Of a stretch of DNA of 64,000 nt, positions 48,101-62,104 are shown one piece after another (position 1 is the first letter of the stretch; every line of letters begins with the position of its first letter). Location of the stretch: assembly GCA_964016885.1 (NCBI GenBank), contig CAXHJY010000992.1, forward strand, positions 1 to 64,000, written 5' to 3'. Source of the DNA: Eledone cirrhosa. Taxonomy: Eukaryota. The notes beneath the pieces are model-generated. The model was not told the DNA's origin, did no database searches, and worked only from the letters and a program-made list of their open reading frames with translations. A program made the position numbers and the translations under genes.

Positions 48101-51100
48101 CAATAGTAGCAGTAACAGCAGCTGCAATAGTAGCAGTAACATCAGCTGCAATAGTAGCAGTAACACCAGCTGCAATAGTAGCCGCAACAGTAGCAGTAAC
48201 AGCAGCTGCAATAGTAGCAGTAACAGCAGCTGCAATAGTAGCAGTAACAGCAGCTGCAATAGTAGCAGTAACATCAGCTGCAACAGTAGCAGTAACATCA
48301 GCTGCAACAGTAGCAGTAACACCAGCTGCAATAGTAGCAGTAACATCAGCTGCAACAGTAGCAGTAACAGTAGCTGCAATAGTAGCAGTAACAGCCGCTG
48401 CAATAGTAGCAGTAACAGTAGCAGTAACAGTAGCTGCAACAGTAGCTGCAACAGTAGCAGTAACACCAGCTGCAATAGTAGCAGTAACAGTAGCTGCAAT
48501 AGTAGCAGTAACATCAGCTGCAATAGTAGCAGTAACATCAGCTGCAATAGTAGCAGTAACATCAGCTGCAACAGTAGCAGTAACATCAGCTGCAATAGTA
48601 GCAGTAACATCAGCTGCAACAGTAGCAGTAACAGTAGCTGCAATAGTAGCAGTAACATCAGCTGCAACAGTAGCAGTAACAGTAGCTGCAATAGTAGCAG
48701 TAACAGTAGCTGCAACAGTAGCAGTAGCTGCAACAGTAGCAGTAGCTGCAATAGTAGCAGTAACAGTAGCTGCAATAGTAGCAGTAACAGTAGCTGCAAT
48801 AGTAGCAGTAACATCAGCTGCAATAGTAGCAGTAACATCAGCTGCAATAGTAGCAGTAACATCAGCTGCAATAGTAGCTGCAATAGTAGCAGTAACAGCA
48901 GCTGCAACAGTAGCAGTAACAGCAGCTGCAACAGTAGCAGTAACATCAGCTGCAATAGTAGTAGTAACAGCAGCTGCAACAGTAGCAGTAACAGCAGCTG
49001 CAATAGTAGCAGTAACAGCAGCTGCAATAGTAGCAGTAACAGTAGCTGCAATAGTAGCAGTAACAGTAGCTGCAATAGTAGCAGTAACAGCAGCTACAAT
49101 AGCTGCAATAGGAGCAGTAACAGTAGCTGCAATAGTAGCAGTAACAGCAGCTGCAATAGTAGCAGTAACAGCAGCTGCAACGGTAGCAGTAACAGCAGCT
49201 GCAATAGTAGCAGTAACAGCAGCTGCAATAGTAGCAGTAACAGTAGCTGTAACAGTAACAGTAGCTGCAATAGTAGCAGTAACAGTAACAGTAGCTGCAA
49301 TAGTAGCAGTAACAGCAGCTGCAACAGTAACAGCAGCTGCAACAGTAGCAGTAACAGCAGCTGCAACAGTAACAGCAGCTGCAACAGTAGCAGTAACAGC
49401 AGCTGCAACAGTAACAGTAGCTGCAATAGTAGCAGTAACAGCAGCTACAATAGCTGCAATAGGAGCAGTAACAGTAGCTGCAATAGTAGCAGTAACAGCA
49501 GCTGCAATAGTAGCAGTAACAGTAGCTGTAACAGTAGCAGTAACAGTAGCTGCAACAGTAGCAGTAACATCAGCTGCAATAGTAGCAGTAACAGTAGCTG
49601 CAACAGTAGCAGTAACAGCAGCTGCAACAGTAACAGTAGCAGTAACAGCAGCTGCAACAGTAACAGTAGCTGCAATAGTAACATCAGCTGCAATAGTAGC
49701 AGTAACAGTAGCTGCAATAGTAACATCAGCTGCAATAGTAGCAGTAACAGTAGCTGCAACAGTAGCAGTAACAGCAGCTGCAACAGTAGCAGTGACATCA
49801 GCTGCAACAGTAGCAGTAACATCAGCTGCAACAGTAGCAGTAACAGCAGCTGCAATAGCAGTAACAGAAGCTGCAACAATAGCAGTAACAGTAGCTGCAA
49901 TAGTAGCAGCAACAGCAGCTGAAATAGTAACAGTAACAGCAGCTGCAATAGTAGCAGCAATAGTAGCAGTAACATCAGCTGCAACAGTAGCAGTAACAGT
50001 AGCTGCAACAGTAGCAGTAACAGCAGCTGCAATAGTAGCAGTAACATCCGCTGCAATAGTAGCAGTAACAGCAGCTGCAATAGTAGCAGTAACATCCGAT
50101 GCAATAGTAGCAGTAACATCAGCTGCAATAGTAGCAGTAACAGCAGCTGCAACAGTAGCAGTAACAGCAGCTGCAACAGTAGCAGTAACAGCAGCTGCAA
50201 CAGTAGCAGTAACAGCAGCTGCAACAGTAGCAGTAACAGCAGCTGCAACAGTAGCAGTAACAGAAGCTGCAACAGTAGCTGCAATAGTAGCAGTAACATC
50301 AGCTGCAATAGTAGCAGTAACATCAGCTGCAATAGTAGCAGTAACATCAGCTGCAATAGTAGCAGTAACATCAGCTGCAATACTAGCAGTAACAGCAGCT
50401 GCAACAGTAGCAGTAACAGAAGCTGCAACAGTAGCTGCAACAGTAACAGTAACATCAGCTGCAATAGTAGCAGTAACATCAGCTGCAATAGTAGCAGTAA
50501 CAGCAGCTGCAATAGTAGCAGTAACAGCAGCTGCAATAGTAGCAGTAACATCAGCTGCAATAGTAGCAGTAACAGCAACTGCAATAGTAGCAGTAACAGC
50601 AGCTGCAATAGTAGCAGTAACAGCAGCTGCAATAGTAGCAGTAACAGCAGCTGCAATAGTAGCAGTAATAGTAGCTGCAATAGTAGCAGTAACAGCAGCT
50701 GCAATAGTAGCAGTAACAGCAGCTGCAATAGTAGCAGTAACATCAGCTGCAATAGTAGCAGTAACATCAGCTGCAATGGTAGCTGCAACATCAGCTGCAA
50801 TAGTAGCAGTAATAGTAGCTGCAATAGTAGCAGTAACAGCAGCTGCAATAGTAGCAGTAACAGCAGCTGCAATAGTAGCAGTAACAGTAGTGGCAACAGT
50901 AGCAGTAACAGTAGCTGCAACAGTAGCTGTAACAGCAGCTGCAACAGTAGCTGTAACAGCAGCTGCAATAGTAGCAGTAACATCAGCTGCAACAGTAGCA
51001 GTAACAGCAGCTGCAACAGTAGCAGTAACAGCAGCTGCAATAGTAGCAGTAACATCAGCTGCAACAGTAGCTGTAACAGCAGCTGCAATAGTAACAGTAA

Positions 51101-54100
51101 CAGTATCTGCAACATCAGCTGCAATAGTAGCAGTAACATCAGCTGCAATAGTAGCAGTAACAGCAGCTGCAACAGTAGCTGTAACAGCAGCTGCAACAGT
51201 AGCTGTAACAGCAGCTGCAATAGTAGCAGTAACATCAGCTGCAATAGTAGCAGTAACATCAGCTGCAACAGTAGCAGTAACAGCAGCTGCAATAGTAGCA
51301 GTAACATCAGCTGCAACAGTAGCAGTAACATCAGCTGCAATAGTAGCAGTAACAGTAGCTGCAATAGTAGCAGTAACAGCAGCTGCAACAGTAGCAGTAA
51401 CATCAGCTGCAACAGTAGCAGTAACAGCAGCTGCAATAGCAGTAACAGCAGCTGCAACAGTAGCAGTAACAGCAGCTGCAATAGTAGCAGTAACAGTAGC
51501 TGCAATAGTAGCAGTAACTGCAATAGTAGCAGTAACAGTAGCTGCAATAGTAGCAGTAACAGTAGCTGCAACAGTAACAGTAGCTGCAATAGTAGCAGTA
51601 ACAGCAGCTACAATAGCTGCAATAGGAGCAGTAACAGTAGCTGCAATAGTAGCAGTAACAGCAGCTGCAATAGTAGCAGTAACAGCAGCTGCAACAGTAG
51701 CAGTAACAGTAGCTGTAACAGTAACAGTAGCTGCAATAGTAGCAGTAACAGCAGCTGCAACAGTAGCAGTAACTGTAACAGTAACAGTAGCTGCAATAGT
51801 AGCAGTAACTGCAATAGTAGCAGTAACAGTAGCTGCAACAGTAACAGTAGCTGCAATAGTAGCAGTAACAGTAACAGAAGCTGCAATAGTAGCAGTAACA
51901 GCAGCTGCAACAGTAACATCAACTGCAACAGCAGCAGCAGCTGCAATAGTAGCATTAACAGTAGCTGCAACAGTAGCAGTAACAGCAGCTGCAACAGTAG
52001 CAGTAACAGCAGCTGCAATAGTAGCAGTAACAGCAGCTGCAATAGTAGCAGTAACTGCAATAGTAGCAGTAACAGTAGCCACAATAGCTGCAATAGGAGC
52101 AGTAACAGTAGCTGCAATAGTAGCAGTAACAGCAGCTGCAATAGTAGCAGTAACAGTAGCTGCAACAGTAGCAGTAACAGTAGCTGCAACAGTAGCAGTA
52201 ACAGTAGCTGCAACAGTAACAGTAGCTTCAATAGTAGCAGTAACATCAGCTGCAATAGTAGCAGTAACAGTAGCTGCAACAGTAGCAGTAACAGCAGCTG
52301 CAACAGTAACATCAGCTGCAATAGTAGCAGTAACAGTAGCTGCAATAGTAACATCAGCTGCAATAGTAGCAGTAACAGTAGCTGCAATAGTAACAGCAGC
52401 TGCAATAGTAGCAGTAACAGAAGCTGCAACAGTAGCAGTAACAGCAGCTGTAACAGTAGCAGTAACAGTAGCTGAAATAGTAACAGTAACAGCAGCTGCA
52501 ATAGTAGCAGCAATAGTAGCAGTAACATCAGCTGCAACAGTAGCAGTAACATCAGCTGCAACAGTAGCAGTCACAGCAGCTGCAATAGTAGCAGTAACAT
52601 CAGCTGCAACAGTAGCAGTAACAGTAGCTGCAATAGTAGCAGTAACAGCAGCTGCAACAGTAGCAGTAACAGTAGCTGAAATAGTAACAGTAACAGCAGC
52701 TGCAATAGTAGCAGCAATAGTAGCAGTAACATCAGCTGCAACAGTAGCAGTAACATCAGCTGCAACAGTAGCAGTCACAGCAGCTGCAATAGTAGCAGTA
52801 ACAGCAGCTGCAATAGTAGCAGTAACATCCGATGCAATAGTAGCAGTAACATCAGCTGCAATAGTAGCAGTAACAGCAGCTGCAACAGTAGCAGTAACAG
52901 TAGCTGCAACAGTAGCAGTAACAGCAGCTGCAACAGTAGCAGTAACAGAAGCTGCAACAGTAGCTGCAATAGTAGCAGTAACATCAGCTGCAATAGTAGC
53001 AGTAACAGCTGCAATAGTAGCAGTAACATCAGCTGCAATAGTAGCAGTAACAGCAGCTGCAATAGTAGCAGTAACAGCGGCTGCAACAGTAGCAGTAACA
53101 GTAGCTGCAATAGTAGCAGTAACATCAGCTGCAATAGTAGCAGTAACATCAGCTGCAATAGTAGCAGTAACATCAGCTGCAATAGTAGCAGTAACAGCAG
53201 CTGCAATAGTAGCAGTAACAGCAGCTGCAACAGTAGCAGTAACAGCAGCTGCAACAGTAGCAGTAACAGTAGCTGGAATAATAGCAGTAACAGCAGCTGG
53301 AAAAGCAGCTGCAATAGTAGCAGTAATAGTAGCTGCAATAGTAGCAGTAACAGCAGCTGCAGTAACAGTAGCAGTAACAGTAGCAGTAACAGCAGCTGGA
53401 AAAGCAGCTGCAATAGTAGCAGTAATAGTAGCTGCAATAGTAGCAGTAACAGCAGCTGCAATAGTAGCAGTAACAGTAGCAGTAACATCAGCTGCAACAG
53501 TAGCAGTAACAGCAGCTGCAAAAGTAGCAGTAACATCAGCTGCAACAGTAGCAGTAACAGTAGTGGCAACAGTAGCAGTAACAGTAGCTGTAACAGCAGC
53601 TGCAATAGTAACAGTAACTGCAATAGTAGTAGTAACATCAGCTGCAACAGTAGCAGTAACAGCAGCTGCAACAGTAGCAGTAACAGCAGCTGCAATAGTA
53701 GCAGTAACATCAGCTGCAACAGTAGCTGTAACAGCAGCTGCAATAGTAACAGTAACAGTAGCTGTAACAGCAGCTGCAATAGTAACAGTAACTGCAATAG
53801 TAGCAGTAACATCAGCTGCAACAGTAGCAGTAACAGCAGCTGCAATAGTAGCAATAACATCAGCTGCAACAGTAGCTGTAACATCAGCTGCAATAGTAGC
53901 AGTAACAGTAGCTGCAATAGTAACAGTAACAGTAGCTGCAACAGTAGCAGTAACATCAGCTGCAATAGTAGCAGTAACAGCAGCTGCAATAGTAGCAGTA
54001 ACAGCAGCTGCAATAGTAGCAGTAACATCAGCTGCAACAGTAGCAGTAACAGCAGCTGCAATAGTAGCAGCAACAGCAGCTGCAATAGTAGCAGTAACAG

Positions 54101-55795
54101 CAGCTGCAATAGTAGCAGTAACAGCAGCTGCAATAGTAGCAGTAACAGTAGCTGCAACAGTAGCAGTAACAGCAGCTGCAATAGTAGCAGTAACAGCAGC
54201 TGCAACAGTAGCAGTAACAGTAGTTGCAATAGTAGCAGTAACAGCAGCTGCAATAGTAGCAGTAACAGTAGTTGCAATAGTAGCAGTAACAGCAGCTGCA
54301 ACAGTAGCAGTAACAGCAGCTGCAATAGTAGCAGTAACAGTAGCTGCAACAGTAGCAGTAACATCAGCTGCAATAGTAGCAGTAACATCAGCTGCAACAG
54401 TAGCAGTAACAGTAGCTGCAACAGCAGCTGCAACAGTAACAGCAGCTGCAATAGTAGCAGTAACATCAGCTGCAACAGTAGCAGTAACAGCAGCTGCAAT
54501 AGTAGCTGCAACAGTAACAGCAGCTGCAACAGTAACAGTAACAGCAGCTGCAACAGTAGCAGTAACAGCAGCTGCAATAGTAGCAGTAACAATAGCTGCA
54601 ACAGTAGCAGTAACAGTAGTTGCAATAGTAGCAGTAACAGTAGCTGCAACAGTAGCAGTAACAGCAGCTGCAATAGTAGCAGTAACAGCAGCTGCAATAG
54701 TAGCAGTAACAGTAGCTGCAACAGTAGCAGCAACAGTAGCTGCAACAGTAGCTGCAACAGTAACAGCAGCTGCAACAGTAACAGCAGCTGCAACAGTAGC
54801 AGTAACAGCAGCTGCAACAGTAACATCAGCTGCAATAGTAACAGTAACAGTAGCTGCAACAGTAGCAGTAACATCAGCTGCAACAGTAGCAGTAACAGCA
54901 GCTGCAACAGTAACATCAGCTGCAACAGTAGCAGTAACAGCTGCTGCAACAGTAACAGCAGCTGCAACAGTAACATCAGTTGCAACAGTAGCAGTAACAG
55001 CTGCTGCAACAGTAACAGCAGCTGCAACAGTAACAGCAGCTGCAACAATAGCAGTAACAGCAGCTGCAACAGTAACATCAGCTGCAACAGTAACAGCAGC
55101 TGCAACAGTAACAGCAGCTGCAACAGTAACAGCAGCTGCAACAGTAGCAGTAACAGCAGCTGCAACAGTAACAGCAGCTGCAACAGTAACAGCAGCTGCA
55201 ACAGTAACAGCAGCTGCAACAGTAGCAGTAACAGCAGCTGCAACAGTAACATCAGCTGCAACAGTAACAGCTGCTGCAACAGTCGCTGCAACAGTAGCAG
55301 CAATAGTAGCAGTAACAGCAGCTGCAACAGTAGCAGCAACAGTAGCAGTAACAGCAGTTGCAACAGTAGCAGCAACAGCAGCTGCAACAGTAACAGTAGC
55401 AGTAGCTGCAACAGCAGCAGTAACAACAGCTGCAACAGTAGCAGTAACAGCTGTAGCAGTAACAGCAGCTGCAACAGTAACAACAGTAGCTGCAACAGTA
55501 GCAGTAACAACAGCTGCAACAGTAGCAGTAACAGCAGCTGCAACAGTAGCAGTAACAGCAGCTGCAACAGTAGCAGTAACAGCAGCTGCAACAGTAGCAG
55601 TAACAACAGCTGCAACAGTAGCAGTAACAGCAGCTGCAACAGTAACAGTAACAAAAGCTGCAACAGCAGCAGTAACAGCAGCTGCTACAGAAACAACAGT
55701 AGCTGCAATAGTAGCAGTAACAACAGCTGCAACAGCAGCTGCAACAGTAGCAGTAACAGCAGCTGCTACAGAAACAACAACATATGTTACAGTAA
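45155..55795. repeat. ~10.6-kb trinucleotide-derived 24-bp satellite (GCTGCAATAGTAGCAGTAACAGCA)n
   Basis: Seen directly; lies inside a CAMSAP intron; open reading frames on both strands. Confidence 0.95.
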
Positions 55796-56258
55796 TAACT
55801 AATTGTAATAAATAACTATAGATTAGATGTATCACTTGGCCAGTGTCATGGCTAGCATTGTAAAGAGCATCCAATTATGATATGGTTACAATATCTCATG
55901 CAAATGTAAGATATCACACAACCATCCGACCCAGTCATGCTAATAACAATGACAACAAAAATACAAATAAATAAAAACATGGAGTATTAATTTTTATAAA
56001 AAATAACAATTTTAAAAGCAATTATTTTTCCCAGAATCATTCAACATTGGAAAATTTTCAAAGTTTTTTTTATATATGATATGTTCTTTAGCAGAAGCAA
56101 CGGACATTTGTGCAGTAGTGAATATATTTACAACAATGAGTTAAGTTTCAGATAATGAGAGAGAGATGGAGGGGGTAAATGAGGGGGAAAAGTGGGACAA
56201 TGTAAGCCATTAGCTTCAATTGTAAAGGGAGATGAACAGAGCCCAGCTGCAGTTGTTA

Positions 56259-56290
<32 letters not shown>

Positions 56291-56344
56291 ATATATATAT
56301 TATATATATATATATAAGTTTCTCTCCTTGACTAATGTACAAAC

Positions 56345-56386
56345 CTGCTTTCCGTAGTCCGGACCGAGAATAGTGAGGGATGCGTG
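56345..56386 (-). CDS. CAMSAP: CAMSAP/Patronin 42-nt exon
   Basis: tctatcttcctacag|(x)RIPHYSRSGLRKA|gtttgt; phase 1-1; GC-rich island; in frame with exons A/B. Confidence 0.65.
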
Positions 56387-56744
56387 CTGTAGGAAGATAG
56401 ATAGAATGACAACTAATGCTGGCAGCAATACAGCCACTTAGTCTAGTCTAAATAATACCTGGGAACCTGTATTTAATACACTTCACAACAAAACAATAAA
56501 TAAAGCAAAATCTTTTTTTTTTCTTTAATTAAAACACACATGTATATACACACAGAGCAAAACATCAATACACCAATAAAAATTGAAATTTCAAGCATTT
56601 AATAAAATCAAATTTTAAAAACATAAGAATTTTATTTGCTTGTTTATTTATCATCTATACTCGTATATAAATCACTTTTCTTTGTTTTTTTCCATGAAAA
56701 TATGCAAAAAACCTGCATGAAAAAAGCCCCCACAATTCGAAATA

Positions 56745-59700
56745 TATGGTACATTGTAAATGTCGTCTGTTTATATATATATTGGGTATGTAAGGTATAT
56801 AGTATACTGTAAATGGTGTATATATTGGGTATGTAAGGTATATAGTATACTGTAAATGGTGTATATATTGGGTATGTAAGGTATATAGTACACTATAAAT
56901 GGTGTATATATTGGGTATGTAAGGTATATAGTACACTATAAATGGTGTATATATTGGGTATGTAAGGTATATAGTACACTATAAATGGTGTATATATTGG
57001 GTATGTAAGGTATATAGTACACTATAAATGGTGTATATATTGGGTATGTAAGGTATATAGTACACTGTAAATGGTGTATATATTGGGTATGTAAGGTATA
57101 TAGTATACTGTAAATGGTGTATATATTGGGTATGTAAGGTATATAGTACACTATAAATGGTGTATATATTGGGTATGTAAGGTATATAGTACACTATAAA
57201 TGGTGTATATATTGGGTATGTAAGGTATATAGTACACTATAAATGGTGTATATATTGGGTATGTAAGGTATATAGTACACTATAAATGGTGTATATATTG
57301 GGTATGTAAGGTATATAGTATACTGTAAATGGTGTATATATTGGGTATGTAAGGTATATAGTACACTATAAATGGTCTATATATTGGGTATGTAAGGTAT
57401 ATAGTATACTGTAAATGGTATATATATATTGGGTATGTAAGGTATATAGTACACTATAAATGGTGTATATATTGGGTATGTAAGGTATATAGTATACTGT
57501 AAATGGTGTATATATTGGAGGTGTAAGGTATATAGTATACTGTAAATGGTGTATATATTGGAGGTGTAAGGTATATAGTATACTGTAAATGGTGTATATA
57601 TTGGGTATGTAAGGTATATAGTATACTGTAAATGGTGTATATATTGGGTATGTAAGGTATATAGTATACTGTAAATGGTGTATATATTGGGTATGTAAGG
57701 TATATAGTACACTATAAATGGTGTATATATTGGGTATGTAAGGTATATAGTATACTGTAAATGGTGTATATATTGGAGGTGTAAGGTATATAGTACACTG
57801 TAAATGGTGTATATATATTGGGTATGTAAGGTATATAGTATACTGTAAATGGTGTATATATTGGGTATGTAAGGTATATAGTACACTGTAAATGGTGTAT
57901 ATATTGGGTATGTAAGGTATATAGTATACTGTAAATGGTGTATATATATTGGGTATGTAAGGTATATAGTACACTGTAAATGGTGTATATATTGGGTATG
58001 TAAGGTATATAGTATACTGTAAATGGTGTATATATTGGGTATGTAAGGTACATAGTATACTGTAAATGGTGTATATATTGGAGGTGTAAGGTATATAGTA
58101 TACTGTAAATGGTGTATATATTGGAGGTGTAAGGTATATAGTACACTGTAAATGGTGTATATATTGGGTATGTAAGGTATATAGTACACTGTAAATGGTG
58201 TATATATTGGGTATGTAAGGTATATAGTATACTGTAAATGGTGTATATATATTGGGTATGTAAGGTATATAGTATACTGTAAATGGTGTATATATATTGG
58301 GTATGTAAGGTATATAGTATACTGTAAATGGTGTATATATTGGGTATGTAAGGTATATAGTATACTGTAAATGGTGTATATATTGGGTATGTAAGGTATA
58401 TAGTATACTGTAAATGGTGTATATATTGGAGGTGTAAGGTACATAGTATACTGTAAATGGTGTATATATTGGGTATGTAAGGTATATAGTACACTGTAAA
58501 TGGTGTATATATTGGGTATGTAAGGTATATAGTATACTGTAAATGGTGTATATATTGGGTATGTAAGGTATATAGTACACTGTAAATGGTGTATATATTG
58601 GGTATGTAAGGTATATAGTACACTGTAAATGGTGTATATATTGGGTATGTAAGGTATATAGTACACTGTAAATGGTGTATATATATTGGGTATGTAAGGT
58701 ATATAGTATACTGTAAATGGTGTATATATTGGAGGTGTAAGGTATATAGTACACTGTAAATGGTGTATATATTGGGTATGTAAGGTATATAGTATACTGT
58801 AAATGGTGTATATATTGGGTATGTAAGGTATATAGTATACTGTAAATGGTGTATATATTGGGTATGTAAGGTATATAGTACACTGTAAATGGTGTATATA
58901 TTGGGTATGTAAGGTATATAGTACACTGTAAATGGTGTATATATTGGGTATGTAAGGTATATAGTACACTATAAATGGTGTATATATTGGGTATGTAAGG
59001 TATATAGTATACTGTAAATGGTGTATATATTAGGTATGTAAGGTATATAGTATACTGTAAATGGTGTATATATTAGGTATGTAAGGTATATAGTATACTG
59101 TAAATGGTGTATATATTGGAGGTGTAAGGTATATAGTATACTGTAAATGGTGTATATATTGGGTATGTAAGGTATATAGTATACTGTAAATGGTGTATAT
59201 ATTGGGTATGTAAGGTATATAGTACACTATAAATGGTGTATATATTGGGTATGTAAGGTATATAGTACACTGTAAATGGTGTATATATTGGGTATGTAAG
59301 GTATATAGTACACTGTAAATGGTGTATATATTGGGTATGTAAGGTATATAGTATACTGTAAATGGTGTATATATATTGGGTATGTAAGGTATACAGTACA
59401 CTGTAAATGGTGTATATATTGGGTATGTAAGGTATATAGTACACTGTAAATGGTGTATATATTGGGTATGTAAGGTATATAGTATACTGTAAATGGTGTA
59501 TATATATATTGGGTATGTAAGGTATATAGTACACTGTAAATGGTGTATATATATTGGGTATGTAAGGTATATAGTATACTGTAAATGGTGTATATATATT
59601 GGGTATGTAAGGTATATAGTATACTGTAAATGGTGTATATATTGGGTATGTAAGGTATATAGTATACTGTAAATGGTGTATATATATTGGGTATGTAAGG

Positions 59701-61235
59701 TATATAGTATACTGTAAATGGTGTATATATATTGGGTATGTAAGGTATATAGTATACTGTAAATGGTGTATATATTGGAGGTGTAAGGTATATAGTATAC
59801 TGTAAATGGTGTATATATATTGGGTATGTAAGGTATATAGTATACTGTAAATGGTGTATATATTGGGTATGTAAGGTATATAGTACACTGTAAATGGTGT
59901 ATATATTGGGTATGTAAGGTATATAGTATACTATAAATGGTGTATATATTGGGTATGTAAGGTATATAGTACAGTAAATGGTGTATATATTGGGTATGTA
60001 AGGTATATAGTACACTGTAAATGGTGTATATATATTGGGTATGTAAGGTATATAGTATACTGTAAATGGTGTATATATTGGGTATGTAAGGTATATAGTA
60101 CACTGTAAATGGTGTATATATTGGGTATGTAAGGTATATAGTATACTGTAAATGGTGTATATATATTGGGTATGTAAGGTATATAGTATACTGTAAATGG
60201 TGTATATATTGGGTATGTAAGGTATATAGTATACTGTAAATGGTGTATATATATTGGGTATGTAAGGTATATAGTATACTGTAAATGGTGTATATATTGG
60301 GTATGTAAGGTATATAGTATACTGTAAATGGTGTATATATTGGAGGTGTAAGGTATATAGTATACTGTAAATGGTGTATATATTGGAGGTGTAAGGTACA
60401 TGGTATACTGTAAATGGTGTATATATTGGAGGTGTAAGGTACATGGTATACTGTAAATGGTGTATATATTGGAGGTGTAAGGTATATAGTATACTGTAAA
60501 TGGTGTATATATTGGGTATGTAAGGTATATAGTATACTGTAAATGGTGTATATATATTGGGTATGTAAGGTATATAGTATACTGTAAATGGTGTATATAT
60601 ATTGGGTATGTAAGGTATATAGTACACTATAAATGGTGTATATATATTGGGTATGTAAGGTATATAGTATACTGTAAATCGTGTATATATTGGGTATGTA
60701 AGGTATATAGTATACTGTAAATGGTGTATATATTGGGTATGTAAGGTATATAGTATACTGTAAATGGTGTATATATTGGAGGTGTAAGGTATATAGTATA
60801 CTGTAAATGGTGTATATATTGGGTATGTAAGGTATATAGTATACTGTAAATGGTGTATATATTGGAGGTGTAAGGTACATGGTATACTGTAAATGGTGTA
60901 TATATTGGGTATGTAAGGTCTATAGTACACTGTAAATGGTGTATATATTGGGTATGTAAGGTATATGGTACACTATAAATGGTGTATATATTGGAGGTGT
61001 AAGGTACATGGTACACTATAAATGGTGTATATAATGGAGGTGTAAGGTACATGGTACACTATAAATGGTGTATATAATGGAGATGTAAGGTACATGGTAC
61101 ACTATAAATGGTGTATATATTGGAGGTGTAAGGTACATGGTACACTATAAATGGTGTATATACTGGAGGTGTAAGGTACACTGTAAATGGTATATGGTAT
61201 ATTGTAAATGGTGTATATATTGGGTATGTAAGTTA
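56745..61235. repeat. 43/45-bp minisatellite, ~100 copies
   Basis: Unit TATATTGGGTATGTAAGGTATATAGTATACTGTAAATGGTGTA. Confidence 0.97.
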
Positions 61236-61479
61236 TACACGAGTAAAATGATAAAGAAAGATAAAAGCAACAACCACATTAAAAATGCAAAATATGAACA
61301 ATAAATGTTAATTAAACAGTTTTCCTCTGCAAACTACTATTACTATTATTATTACTACTACACTACTAATTTATACAACAGAAGTCCTGCGACAGGAACA
61401 TTTGATAGTTTTGTATTGTTTCAGAGTTATCTCCCTTAGTTCACCTATAGCATCACCTGGAATATATTTCAATTTTTCA

Positions 61480-61810
61480 TTCTTTTACTGGTTGTAGCCA
61501 TTGGGCTGCAGCCATGCTGGAGCACCACCTTAAAGACACATAGTTGATGATATCAGGCCTCAGTAATATCAGTACTCATTTTCTTTCAAGACTAATACTT
61601 AGTTTATCAGTTTCTATTTGTTGAACAGCTAAGTTACAGGACATAAGCAAACAGTAAATGTAAACGTGTGTATGTGCACACACATACACACAGACAGGTA
61701 CACACAAACACACACACACACACAACCAGTTTCCTCAATTTCTATCTACCAAATTCCACACAAGGCATTGGCCAACCAAATCTTTAGGACTCTTGCTCAA
61801 AGTGCCAAGC
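61480..61810 (-). mobile_element. Degenerate SINE with LINE-like 3' tail and internal (CA)n
   Basis: Minus strand ends GGTGGTGCTCCAGCATGGCTGC...AATGGCTACAACCAGTAAAAGAATG, similar to 153-213. Confidence 0.55.
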
Positions 61811-62104
61811 AATGAGGCTGTTATTACCATCAAAATACCCCCAGTCTTATTGTATCACCTCTGTATTGTATCCAAAGCTGTTTCCTCTATATGAAAGACA
61901 CTCAAGAAACACAACGAAACTAACCAGCTATGACTAATATATCAAAGAGGAGTCGAACAACACAGCACAGATTGTAAAAATACGAGATTTAATTAACGAA
62001 CCAATTAATTGAAACTAATAAAAACTGAAAACTAAACATTGCAAACATACAACAGAAAATTGCAACTAAAATTATTGTAAACTCTTAAACCATTAAACTT
62101 TCAT

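Noticed and set aside
45113-55874. 3580-aa and 3167-aa Ala/Val/Thr ORFs as real genes (antifreeze- or mucin-like)
   Set aside because: Triplet-derived satellite, open on both strands, with no signal peptide or unique termini.
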